Shown: positions 25,032-34,191 of the stretch, piece by piece
How positions within the stretch are numbered: the stretch's first letter is position 1
Layout of the letters: every line of letters starts with the position of its first letter
Virus record (IMG/VR): IMGVR_UViG_3300042197_002243
DNA: 64,000 nt
Direction: 5' to 3' (one strand)
Origin: a virus
Made by a program: the position numbers and the translations under genes
Notes under the pieces: model-generated
Told to the model about the DNA's origin: nothing
Seen by the model: the letters and a program-made list of their open reading frames with translations, nothing else
Databases searched by the model: none

Positions 25032-25475
25032 TTATTCGGTTTCTTCAACCACCGATTTCTTTTTACCAATATTATATTTCTGTTCCAGAATCCACTCACT
25101 CTTATCTCTATGTGCAATTACTTTGATTTGATTCAAAGGAGCAATGTCTTGGACCAAATCTTCGTTAATAATAGTGATTAATCCCCAATCGCCAAGTAAA
25201 CGTACAATTCGATTGCGGCGCTGAACGTCGTTTACGGTAAGATTTGCATATTTGCCATCTAAAGCAAATAATTCCTTAAAGTGAACGATATAATACTTTC
25301 CTTGTTTATGTAAAATGTGACAACTTTGGTAGAGTTTTTTCTCTTTTCTTGATGCCACTCCGATACGAGTCAAGGTTTCCCGTACCTTTAGAAAATCGTC
25401 AGGTTCGTTTAAAAGGACTTCTACCATCATATGAGGAGCCCAATTTACCTGAGGTTCAGTTGTTTGGTTTGCCAT
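25032..25475 (-). CDS. regA: translational repressor RegA
   Basis: DDFLKVRETLTRIGVA...LYQSCHILHKQGKYYIVHFKELF. Confidence 0.96.
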   Translation of the reverse strand: MANQTTEPQVNWAPHMMVEVLLNEPDDFLKVRETLTRIGVASRKEKKLYQSCHILHKQGKYYIVHFKELFALDGKYANLTVNDVQRRNRIVRLLGDWGLITIINEDLVQDIAPLNQIKVIAHRDKSEWILEQKYNIGKKKSVVEETE

Positions 25476-25839
25476 TGTTTCCACCAGTTTCAAGTCGTTT
25501 TTTTATGAAGTCGATTTGTTGTTTGGATAAAATCTTCAAAACTTGAGATGCTTTTTCATTACTATAACCATAGTACTGCTTAACGCATTCTAAATCTTTG
25601 ATATTATCTTTTCGGATCCAAGGAGAGAATCTCTTTTTTTTCCTTAGACTATTTAGATAAAAGGAATATTGTAGATTTTTATCAAGATGATGATTCATGT
25701 TCATTTCATTTGCAAACATGATGCAATCAATATGTCCAGATAAACATCTATTGATAATATATGGTGGATAAGATTTTATCTCTTCGGATAAATCTTCTTT
25801 TGTAAAGTTAATTGAATTTAACCAGTCTTTGAGTTCCAT
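25456..25839 (-). CDS. gp62: clamp loader small subunit
   Basis: YPPYIINRCLS...ANEMN...KKKRFSPW; synteny before regA. Confidence 0.9.
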   Translation of the reverse strand: MELKDWLNSINFTKEDLSEEIKSYPPYIINRCLSGHIDCIMFANEMNMNHHLDKNLQYSFYLNSLRKKKRFSPWIRKDNIKDLECVKQYYGYSNEKASQVLKILSKQQIDFIKKRLETGGNNGKPNN

Positions 25840-25982
25840 TATTTAAATTTTGCAGTTACAGCAATTACTTTTGCATTGGGATTACGAGCAAGAGCGACTT
25901 CTTTTGCTTCTTTATAATCTTTGGCAATTACAGTCTCATAAAAAACCGTGCCAGCAACATAGAGTTGGACTTCACATTTCAT
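25839..25982 (-). CDS. hypothetical protein (47 aa, MKCEVQLYVAG...)
   Basis: Hand translation; coupled to both neighbours. Confidence 0.65.
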   Translation of the reverse strand: MKCEVQLYVAGTVFYETVIAKDYKEAKEVALARNPNAKVIAVTAKFK

Positions 25983-27094
25983 CGGATAATTTGAATTTCA
26001 TCGTCGTCCGTCCAGAGTTCGACCTTAGTTCTGAATCTATTTTCTATTTTTAGTTTTTCATATCGTTTTGCTGATTTCTTCTTCCACCAAGAAATAATAT
26101 TTTCTACATAAAACTTATCCCAATTTAAACCACGAAGAAGTTCTTTCTGTTCGCCAAGAATTACTTCTCTAACATTTGAATAACCATAATCGCAGATATA
26201 AAATCTTTTCTTTTGAGTTAATGCAAATGCGGCGCCAATTACAGAATTAAATTCAGCAAGTTTTTGTTTATCTTGAAGTGAATTGCGAATAATAGAAATC
26301 ATCTTTGTCTGGCGCTTCATCTTTTTGGATGAAGCTTTGTTATCCGTCAATGGAGTATTATTATTCAATAAAGTAAATCTGTCATGCAACTTATGGAATA
26401 CCTCATCATGAAGAAGCGGAAGAAATTTACTTTCTGTCAATCCCTTGTACCGCATAAAAGGTTTTAGACCATCATACTGAGATGCATCTGTTGTGGATCC
26501 ATAAAGAGATGTAGTCTCAAACAAAGCAATATCCTTCTCAAATACCTCATTTAGAGACTCTCTCGCAAGATGTGAACAACAAAGAAGGGCAAGAAGTTTA
26601 CCACCAAGATAATTATATCCAAAAGGTTGCGATGGGACAATTACAAATCCCATAGCTGCATGTCTATTAAAGATAGTAAGATCTGGTGACTTACCCAACC
26701 ATTCATTTCTAGGTTTTGAATTGATTGTGGGTGAACCAAAACGAATAAATCCAAGAACTTTTTTGGTGTTCTTTTCAAACACCATCCAACGCAATTCACG
26801 TCCTGGAATATTTGCTTCATTATTATGCGAAGAAACTGCTCTCAGAAGATTGACATAATGTTCTTGAGGGACCGCATTTTGAAATCGAGTACCAACAAAC
26901 TTAATATCAAAATCCATGTCTTCAGGATGAACATCTTCATTAAAAAATTCATCGTGCAGTGATACAAGAGAACTTGTAGATGCAATCACTTCCTTTTTTA
27001 CAAATCTCAAATAGTCTTCAATGTTAGACATATGAGAAAAATATTCAATAAACTCATTTGCAGCCCAAACTGCATCACTTTCACTAACAATCAT
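25979..27094 (-). CDS. DUF4338/DruA-like protein (recognised from memory)
   Basis: PGRELRWMV...LGFIRFGSP...PFGYNYLGGKLLALL...TTSLYG..SQY. Confidence 0.6.
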   Translation of the reverse strand: MIVSESDAVWAANEFIEYFSHMSNIEDYLRFVKKEVIASTSSLVSLHDEFFNEDVHPEDMDFDIKFVGTRFQNAVPQEHYVNLLRAVSSHNNEANIPGRELRWMVFEKNTKKVLGFIRFGSPTINSKPRNEWLGKSPDLTIFNRHAAMGFVIVPSQPFGYNYLGGKLLALLCCSHLARESLNEVFEKDIALFETTSLYGSTTDASQYDGLKPFMRYKGLTESKFLPLLHDEVFHKLHDRFTLLNNNTPLTDNKASSKKMKRQTKMISIIRNSLQDKQKLAEFNSVIGAAFALTQKKRFYICDYGYSNVREVILGEQKELLRGLNWDKFYVENIISWWKKKSAKRYEKLKIENRFRTKVELWTDDDEIQIIR

Positions 27095-28041
27095 TTGAAT
27101 TCACATTCAACCATAATTTCAGTTAACGCTGCAAGCAAATTAATCTCTTGATCTGCTACGAAAGCAATCTGATATTGGTATTTAGCTATGATCAAAACAG
27201 CAGCAGGAATAGAACTAGGAACAAGAAACTCGTAAGATGAGTCATAAATGCGACGAAGCAGATCAGAAGAATCGTTGTCCAAATTATTGACCACCCATTT
27301 ACGAACTTCGGGAAAGTTTTTTTCTTTAAGGTTTTTAATAAGTTCATTGACGGAAACATCAGAAAAAGATGCAAGAATTGCTGAGTCTATTTTACCATTA
27401 GATGCATATCTCTGACACTCATTCAATACACGACGCCAATCTGGAAAGTGCTTATTGATCAATTCAATCAAAACTTTTTGATCAAATTCTACACCTTCGG
27501 TTTGAAGGATTTCTTGAAGGCGGTTATAAAAACCTGCAGCAAGTTTGGCTTTGTCTTTTCCTTTGATTCCAAATTCAACGACTGCACATCGGGAGTGAAG
27601 TGGCTCGATGATTTTGTTTTTGTAGTTGCAGGTGAAGATGAATCTACAATTCTTACTAAATTCCTCAATAGACGCCCGTAAAAGGAGTTGAACATCTGAG
27701 GTTGTGTTATCTGCCTCATCAATGATGATGACTTTGTGTTTAGCAGTTGACGAAAGCGATACGGTCGAAGCAAAGTTTTTCGCATTGTTTCTGACAGTAT
27801 CAAGGAATCTACCCTCGTCGGATCCATTGATGACATAAAAGTCTACTCCCAATTCATTACAGAGTGCCTTAGCAACTGTGGTCTTTCCAATACCAGGAGG
27901 ACCAGCAAGAAGCATATTTGGAATTTCACCCTTATTTAGAAAGTCGCTAAAGGTTTTCTTAATACTTTCGGGAAGAATACATTCTTCAATTGTTTTGGGA
28001 CGATACTTTTCAACCCAAATAAAATCGCTGTTCATAATCAA
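27091..28041 (-). CDS. gp44: clamp loader large subunit
   Basis: WVEKYRP, GPPGIGKT, IIDEAD, SRC. Confidence 0.96.
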   Translation of the reverse strand: MIMNSDFIWVEKYRPKTIEECILPESIKKTFSDFLNKGEIPNMLLAGPPGIGKTTVAKALCNELGVDFYVINGSDEGRFLDTVRNNAKNFASTVSLSSTAKHKVIIIDEADNTTSDVQLLLRASIEEFSKNCRFIFTCNYKNKIIEPLHSRCAVVEFGIKGKDKAKLAAGFYNRLQEILQTEGVEFDQKVLIELINKHFPDWRRVLNECQRYASNGKIDSAILASFSDVSVNELIKNLKEKNFPEVRKWVVNNLDNDSSDLLRRIYDSSYEFLVPSSIPAAVLIIAKYQYQIAFVADQEINLLAALTEIMVECEFK

Positions 28042-28295
28042 AAAAAGAAAATCTCAATAAGCTTTGCTAGTTCTATGATAGCAAAAAAACTACGAATAGT
28101 CATCATGTCCCACATCCTCACTTTGTAAAAATATGGAAATGATAATAGATTTCCAAACAATCTAAAATAAATTCCAAGTTGTACACTATTAAAAAGAATT
28201 ACTGCATATCCTATAATAAAAAATGTATTACCAACAATTCGCAACCAACTTAATCTTGGATATTGTGGGTGTATGAATTTATCTGTTGAACTCAT
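28038..28295 (-). CDS. small multi-TM membrane protein (85 aa)
   Basis: Hydrophobic; start trimmed to MSSTDKF. Confidence 0.6.
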   Translation of the reverse strand: MSSTDKFIHPQYPRLSWLRIVGNTFFIIGYAVILFNSVQLGIYFRLFGNLLSFPYFYKVRMWDMMTIRSFFAIIELAKLIEIFFF

Positions 28296-28296
28296 T

Positions 28297-28806
28297 TTAA
28301 ATCCATTCTGGCTTTCGTTGTGGCATACGAAGATAATTAGTTGCAACCCAAGGTTTAGATGCAATATACATCTTATAAGCAGTAAAAGTGTCAATGCTAG
28401 TATCATATTTCCACTCTTCAGGCATTGCTCTTGCGAATGGCGTTACGTTAGTAAGTTTTCCTTTAGGAAACAAATAATATGACTCTACAAGTGCATTTTG
28501 ACATGCATGTATTTTATTATAGCGCAAAGTGTATTCATCACACAAGTTCAATCCCCACTTAATAAGCCAATAGGCATTATCAATTGTCTTTGCTGCCCAT
28601 TGTGTACATGGGTGATTGCGAAACGCACCCTTTGCAGTTGAATATGGATTGCCATCAGTTTTATGAATTTCTCCATAATTGTGATACCACTTGGATGCCA
28701 CGATAGAAAGCATCTGACAGCACTCAAGTGGCATTTTAACTATGTGTTTGTCTGGAAGACAAATTGCACTTTCTGCAGGAAAAGGACTGGTTACAAAAAT
28801 GTTCAT
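28297..28806 (-). CDS. pyrimidine dimer DNA glycosylase/endonuclease V-like protein
   Basis: MNIF...DKHIVKMPLECCQML...NHPCTQW...EYTLRY.KIH. Confidence 0.7.
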   Translation of the reverse strand: MNIFVTSPFPAESAICLPDKHIVKMPLECCQMLSIVASKWYHNYGEIHKTDGNPYSTAKGAFRNHPCTQWAAKTIDNAYWLIKWGLNLCDEYTLRYNKIHACQNALVESYYLFPKGKLTNVTPFARAMPEEWKYDTSIDTFTAYKMYIASKPWVATNYLRMPQRKPEWI

Positions 28807-29468
28807 CCAAAAGTAGAATCGGGTTCAAGAGCTACATAATAGCAGAGATCGTGATTGGTACTAGTAAAGCGCGACAAAAGTTTAGAAGAGACAACCACTT
28901 CATACGAACCAGGAAGAATCTTAATGTTCTCCACTTTAAAGTTAAATACAAAGTTATCGTCAGTTTCACCAACTACGATTGAGAAATCGTTAGATGTATC
29001 GTTCTTTTTATCACGTACAACCAACTTGACTACACCTGCCTCACCAATTGCAGAAAGATCTGGAAGTTGGTACACAGCAGCTGCCTTCAGGAGTTTATCC
29101 AGTTCCTTAGTATCAAGAACAAAACAAACATCTTCAGTGGGAAGATTGATAGACTTGTCGGGAGGAACAACAATTACATTTGGATCTGCAAAGAAATACT
29201 TGGAACGAGATTTACCTTCACGAATCACAACATAGTTATCATTCTGAAAATCGAGTTCCGCACTTTGATGAAGTGACAGACCATTCAGAAACTGGTTAAG
29301 ATCATAGATACCAAAGTCTTTGGGAAATTCTTCTTCGATTGTTGCTTCTGCGAGAATATTTTTCATCACAGAAATAGTACGAAGTTGTTTACCTTCCTTA
29401 ATCAGAATCGACTGATTGATATTCGAAAAGTTTTTCAGAAGGTTTACAGTTTTGTCAGAGAGTTTCAT
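28803..29468 (-). CDS. gp45: sliding clamp
   Basis: MKLSDKTVNLLKNFSNINQSI, FGIYDLNQFL, YYVALE. Confidence 0.96.
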   Translation of the reverse strand: MKLSDKTVNLLKNFSNINQSILIKEGKQLRTISVMKNILAEATIEEEFPKDFGIYDLNQFLNGLSLHQSAELDFQNDNYVVIREGKSRSKYFFADPNVIVVPPDKSINLPTEDVCFVLDTKELDKLLKAAAVYQLPDLSAIGEAGVVKLVVRDKKNDTSNDFSIVVGETDDNFVFNFKVENIKILPGSYEVVVSSKLLSRFTSTNHDLCYYVALEPDSTFG

Positions 29469-29491
29469 AGTTTTGTCTTTCAGTTTCATGA

Positions 29492-29899
29492 TCAACGAAA
29501 TTCAGTAAGTCCATTATCTTTACGAGAATAATGTCCATCGAAGTGAAGCAGTAGCATAGCATAGTGAATGACTTTCATCAAGTCGCGTTTATTACGTCCG
29601 TCTTTATCACCATAACGGCTTCCATACTTAAGAATATTTGCCTGACAGAAAGACACTGCTAGATCTTTTGCTGCCATCAGATCAATAGTCTGAATATCAT
29701 CTTGATTGTGACCACAATAGTGACTGCCATAAGTACTGGTCACATAGTCCTGAATGTCTTTCAGGATTTTATCTTCATTGTATTTCCAAAGATTGTTTTT
29801 GGTTTCACTCATAACGGGGGTTTTTGTCAAATTAAGCATTCCCGTCTCTTCATTTTGAGACAGGGTGAATTGGTATTCAGAATAAGGATACTCGTCCAT
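29492..29899 (-). CDS. DUF3310-like protein (T7 gp1.7 nucleotide kinase-related)
   Basis: SHY...QTID...FCQANILKYGSRYGDKDG...DLMKVIHY. Confidence 0.7.
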   Translation of the reverse strand: MDEYPYSEYQFTLSQNEETGMLNLTKTPVMSETKNNLWKYNEDKILKDIQDYVTSTYGSHYCGHNQDDIQTIDLMAAKDLAVSFCQANILKYGSRYGDKDGRNKRDLMKVIHYAMLLLHFDGHYSRKDNGLTEFR

Positions 29900-29933
29900 A
29901 ATAAAAGGGAAGGGCCATAATTTACCTTCCCCA

Positions 29934-29962
29934 ATTATATCAGAAAGGAGCGGGTTGGTCAA
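29934..29962 (-). promoter_or_regulatory. sigma70-type promoter at the end of cobS
   Basis: TTGACC-17-TATAAT with TGn extension. Confidence 0.7.
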
Positions 29963-31070
29963 TGTGTGGGAGAACTTCATTTGAGACTTCGGTAGGCATC
30001 TGAAAGTCAGCATCCACTTTATCGTAGAGTTCAATAAAAGCCATCTTCGTCTCATCATCAAATCTTGACGTACAAACATCAATTGCTTTTGCCTTGTTAC
30101 CAAAGATGCTGTAAGCACGAATGATATGAACCAAGCGGCGGGTGCTGATGATTTCTTCAATGCCACCATCATAGAATGTCTTACGAATGATATCAGCCCA
30201 ATCTGCAAGTCGCTCACAGAAAGCAAAGTCATCGACACCAACAGATTTAGCAACACCTTGCAAAATGCGACACTCAATTTTAGCAGTGGGATATTCCTGC
30301 TCCAGAGTCACAGGAAAACGCTCAAGGAATGCTTCGTTGAGCACGTTGGTGCCGATAAAGCGACCGTCGTCAGAACCTTTGCCCTTAGTGTTTGCGGTGG
30401 CAACAACGTTGAAACCTGCGGCAGGTTTCACAAAGCGACCAATCTTTTTCAGGAAGACACCCTTACCTTCCAGAACAGATTGCAGGCACAGAATCTTATT
30501 AGAAGCAAGGTCGATTTCATCTAGCAGCAGGACAGTGCCGCGCTCCAGTGCTTCAATCACAGGGCCGTTATGCCAAACAGTTTCACCATTGACCAGACGG
30601 AAACCGCCGATCAGATCATCCTCATCAGTCTCGATGGTAATGTTTACACGAATTAGTTCGCGCTTAAGTTGGGCACATGCTTGCTCAACACTGAACGTTT
30701 TACCATTACCCGAAAGACCCGTAATGAACGTAGGATAGAAAAGACGGGATTCAATAATTTTTTTAATATCGTTGAAATTACCAAACTTGACGAAGGTATC
30801 ATCTTTATCGGGAATAAGGTTTTGTTCCACAGGAGGGATTACAGCGGGAGCTTGGAAAGTGCGTTCAATTTCATCAACTTTTTGTTGAGTGACTTCCAAA
30901 TTCCACTTACCACGACCAACTTTGAACTGATCTAGACGCTTGGTAACAGTCGGGTATGAAACTCCTTTTGATGCACAAAAACCGCGAACATCAGCAGCGG
31001 TAAATTCTACACCAAAAGTAGTTTTGAGATCGGCAAGAATTTGGTCGTCGGTCATTTGAATGCGGGACAT
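29940..31070 (-). CDS. cobS: CobS-like (MoxR-type) AAA+ ATPase
   Basis: GLSGNGKT, LLLDEID, ATANTKGKG, NEAFLERF, STRRL. Confidence 0.9.
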   Translation of the reverse strand: MSRIQMTDDQILADLKTTFGVEFTAADVRGFCASKGVSYPTVTKRLDQFKVGRGKWNLEVTQQKVDEIERTFQAPAVIPPVEQNLIPDKDDTFVKFGNFNDIKKIIESRLFYPTFITGLSGNGKTFSVEQACAQLKRELIRVNITIETDEDDLIGGFRLVNGETVWHNGPVIEALERGTVLLLDEIDLASNKILCLQSVLEGKGVFLKKIGRFVKPAAGFNVVATANTKGKGSDDGRFIGTNVLNEAFLERFPVTLEQEYPTAKIECRILQGVAKSVGVDDFAFCERLADWADIIRKTFYDGGIEEIISTRRLVHIIRAYSIFGNKAKAIDVCTSRFDDETKMAFIELYDKVDADFQMPTEVSNEVLPHIDQPAPF

Positions 31071-31093
31071 GATGTGTGTTTTTCACTGAAGCC

Positions 31094-31148
31094 ATTATAA
31101 GGGCAGAGTGAGGCAGAGTTGGGGCAGAGTGGTCAGTTGGCCAACTGG
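31094..31148 (-). promoter_or_regulatory. -10 box with three phased ACTCTGCC repeats and an upstream palindrome
   Basis: GGCAGAGT (plus strand) at 31102, 31112, 31123; CAGTTGGCCAACTG 31134-31147; TATAAT 31094-31099. Confidence 0.65.
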
Positions 31149-31318
31149 TTTCTCAACTCATTCAGATAATTCTCACTCGCAATATGAGTAGTGTATCCTG
31201 GATAGAATTGTTTGACGATAGTCCCAATCCCCATCGCAGTGATTGCACTATCACATTTTACCCATACTTCTTTTGTATCAGATTTGACTACGTGGTCAAA
31301 TGGGAATTTAGATTTCAT
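31133..31318 (-). CDS. hypothetical protein (61 aa)
   Basis: ORF track; ATGA coupling. Confidence 0.65.
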   Translation of the reverse strand: MKSKFPFDHVVKSDTKEVWVKCDSAITAMGIGTIVKQFYPGYTTHIASENYLNELRNQLAN

Positions 31319-31827
31319 TTTTCAACTGTAAATGTTTTGTTCTTAACTTTGGTATCAAACTCACCAGTTCTACCAGGTTTCATACTTCCTATTTTAACAT
31401 TCTTTCCCTTTCCAGGCCAAGAAGTTTTTGAAGTTCCTTTAAGAGTTGATTCTCCACCTTTTTTGCGTTGAATCAATACAGAGTCTTGGTCATACTTTTT
31501 ACCAAGTTTTTCAATTGCTTTTTTAAACTTTCTCTTACCTTTCTTACCAGGAGTAATGATATGAGATTTTTCACCCACTTTCTTTTCTTGCGAAGTTCCA
31601 GGATTTTCTGTATATCGTCCAGAAACTTTGGTAGGTCCAGGAAGACCAGCACCCCTTACATCTTTTTCAAGTTGCTTTGAGCGGGCTTTGTTTTCTTTTT
31701 TAGATTTATCCCCCCTCTGGGCAGACATAATTGCCATTCCACCTTTTTGAGACTTTCTCATTACTCTCGTAAGAGAAGTCTCTTGAATAGAATAACATTC
31801 TACCATAAATTCTTGGAAAGTTTTCAT
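31315..31827 (-). CDS. basic protein with T4 capsid-targeting-like N-terminus
   Basis: MKTFQEFMVE versus T4 internal-protein CTS MKTYQEFIAE; late-like ACTAAATA at 31862-31869. Confidence 0.75.
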   Translation of the reverse strand: MKTFQEFMVECYSIQETSLTRVMRKSQKGGMAIMSAQRGDKSKKENKARSKQLEKDVRGAGLPGPTKVSGRYTENPGTSQEKKVGEKSHIITPGKKGKRKFKKAIEKLGKKYDQDSVLIQRKKGGESTLKGTSKTSWPGKGKNVKIGSMKPGRTGEFDTKVKNKTFTVEK

Positions 31828-34010
31828 ACGACCAAAGAGATGAACTCGCCCAATACTTTTTTATTTAGTTTTTTAGTTTTAAGAGATTTAATGAATGCAG
31901 ATTTAATTTCAGATTTAGTTGCAGCATCATCAACATTGAATTCAGAATTTTGAGAAAGTGCAGTTGCAGACATTCCAAAGTATGCATCATATCCAGATTT
32001 TTTAATAATAAAACTCTTTTGCTTTTTCCAATCATTTTGAATTGTCAAGTAATCTTTATCTGAAGTTGAATGATAAAGACTAACAAAACGATGAATGTTG
32101 CGTCCTTCAAGAACACGAATACCAATAAAGTTTACAGAAGGAAACTTATCCTTCAAATTACGAAGAAGAACATCAGTAAATTGATGATATCCAAAATCAA
32201 TTTTGTAATTTGTACCAAGTTTACGATCACGAAGGAAAGTCAAACCGTTAGATGTTCCACGAACGCCCAAGTAAGGTTCAGATTCCCATCCACGTTTCAC
32301 TTCAACATGATATGGAAGATGATTGGATTCACCATCAGTCAAAACAATACATTGAACTTTCTGAAGTTTATTTTCTTTTTGAAAAGTTGGAAGAATTTGA
32401 TGAAGAGAAATAAGTGCCTCATTCAAAGGAGTTCCTGAAAGAGCCAGACGATGTGGAAAAGTAAATGGGCAATGATACATATTTGAAAAACTAGAAGCCA
32501 AACGCCAAATATTATTCATCTGATGTTCGAGATCTTTTCCATATACTTTGCTGGTAAGAAGATTCATCATAGAAAACGTTTCATCAATACAAAAAACATA
32601 TTCTTTTTTCTCATAGTGTGGGGTAAGATCACAAGACTTATAGGTTCGATTATCATAATCATACTCGCGGCGACGCCACTCATTTGTAAAGGCATAAACC
32701 TCAAAAGGAATCGAAACTTTCTTACAAAACCAAACAAGATTGAAGAGTTGCTTGACGGTATCCAACATCACGTCACACATTGAACCAGACCAGTCCAGAA
32801 CAAACACCAGACCATGGTTTTTTCCATCTGCAAGAGTGGTCACTTTTTTGAACAGATCTTCGTTGTATTTGTAGGTATGAAGTTTGGAACAGTCCAGCAC
32901 ACCAGTGCGAGCAGTTGTAGCGCGGGCATAGGAGTCCGCAGCTTTTTTACACTCAAACTCTTTCACCAGATAGTTGACTTCCTTTTGTGCAGATTGTTTG
33001 AATTTTTTAAATTCTAAATCTACAGTCTCAAACAGGTTCATAGATTTGAACTTGTTTTCTTCAGCATGTTCATTGTGCATTTCTTGTTGTTTGGAAAAAC
33101 ACAAGTCAATATCATTATGGACCACACTATTTTTTGCAATTACCGTATCAAGATTTAATTTAGTAACTTCGACATAAACATTTTCCCAAGCGTCTTCTTT
33201 TACAAGATTACGAAGATTTTCTTCCAAAGAATCTGCTGTACGAACTTCTGGTTCATAATTATCACCAGCAGAATTTTCCATCTCAATCTGATCACCATCA
33301 ACTGATTGTCCACTAGAATTTTCAGTATTCTGTGAACTAGAATCATTTTCTTCTTGATCAAAAGAAGAATCATCACCTTCTACAATATTACTTGCAGGAG
33401 ATTGAGAATTTGATTGTTGTTTAGGAGATTCTTGATTTTCAATCTTTTTTTCTTCTTCTTTCTTTTTTTTACAATACTTATAGAGCTCTTCTGCAGCAAT
33501 CAGAACATCGGCAAAGGTCTCAGTATCGGCAATCAGATTGATAATCTCAGTTTCTTCACCGCGATCAACAGGAATATCTACATAGTTACCAATCTTGAAC
33601 CACAAGTTCGCACGGTCGGCAAGATTCATCTTGCTCACATCTTCTTCTCCAATCTGAAAGAAGTCATCATCGGCAAGTTCTTTATAACCGCTGAAGAAAG
33701 TCTTTGCCAAGCCTGGATAACGACGCTTCATCAGTTTCTCGATGCGAGCATCCTCAACCACATTCACAAACTGTGGCGGAATCTTGTGTTCCACCAACCA
33801 ATCCTCATCAGGAGTATAGAGCGCATGACCCACCTCATGACCCACCAGGAGGTCATACACAGTGTTGCTTGCCTTTTCCCACATCGGCAAAGTCAGCACA
33901 CGGGTATGAACGTTGAAGCAAGCAGTCTCAACATTCTTGTGCTCAACCACAAGGTCTTCAGTGGCAAGAAGTTTAGCAAGTTGGGACTTGATTTCGTGCG
34001 AGATAGCCAT
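31824..34010 (-). CDS. HExxH metallopeptidase-like plus vWA (CobT-like) protein
   Basis: GHEVGHALY, NVVEDARIE, acidic linker, MIDAS DWSGS...GTP...LTDGE. Confidence 0.88.
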   Translation of the reverse strand: MAISHEIKSQLAKLLATEDLVVEHKNVETACFNVHTRVLTLPMWEKASNTVYDLLVGHEVGHALYTPDEDWLVEHKIPPQFVNVVEDARIEKLMKRRYPGLAKTFFSGYKELADDDFFQIGEEDVSKMNLADRANLWFKIGNYVDIPVDRGEETEIINLIADTETFADVLIAAEELYKYCKKKKEEEKKIENQESPKQQSNSQSPASNIVEGDDSSFDQEENDSSSQNTENSSGQSVDGDQIEMENSAGDNYEPEVRTADSLEENLRNLVKEDAWENVYVEVTKLNLDTVIAKNSVVHNDIDLCFSKQQEMHNEHAEENKFKSMNLFETVDLEFKKFKQSAQKEVNYLVKEFECKKAADSYARATTARTGVLDCSKLHTYKYNEDLFKKVTTLADGKNHGLVFVLDWSGSMCDVMLDTVKQLFNLVWFCKKVSIPFEVYAFTNEWRRREYDYDNRTYKSCDLTPHYEKKEYVFCIDETFSMMNLLTSKVYGKDLEHQMNNIWRLASSFSNMYHCPFTFPHRLALSGTPLNEALISLHQILPTFQKENKLQKVQCIVLTDGESNHLPYHVEVKRGWESEPYLGVRGTSNGLTFLRDRKLGTNYKIDFGYHQFTDVLLRNLKDKFPSVNFIGIRVLEGRNIHRFVSLYHSTSDKDYLTIQNDWKKQKSFIIKKSGYDAYFGMSATALSQNSEFNVDDAATKSEIKSAFIKSLKTKKLNKKVLGEFISLVV

Positions 34011-34019
34011 GGGTTTGTT

Positions 34020-34178
34020 TCAGATGAGGCCATAATACGACGAAGGGTTGCCTTTTGAGCAACCCATGTGACGCTTTTTGAACTGGGCAAGTCGTGCCTT
34101 TGCCTGGCGCAATGCTTGCGGTTTCAGTTTTCGCTTTTGTTCTTTTTTAGAGTGGTGTTGCCAGTTTGGAGTGTTCAT
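34020..34178 (-). CDS. small basic hypothetical protein (52 aa, MNTPNWQHHSKK...)
   Basis: Hand translation. Confidence 0.55.
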   Translation of the reverse strand: MNTPNWQHHSKKEQKRKLKPQALRQAKARLAQFKKRHMGCSKGNPSSYYGLI

Positions 34179-34191
34179 TGTTCTATGGCAG

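Noticed and set aside
29900-30277. N-terminal extension of the 261-aa ORF
   Set aside because: Overlaps cobS in another frame; a promoter at 29934-29962 supports a start at or after 29899
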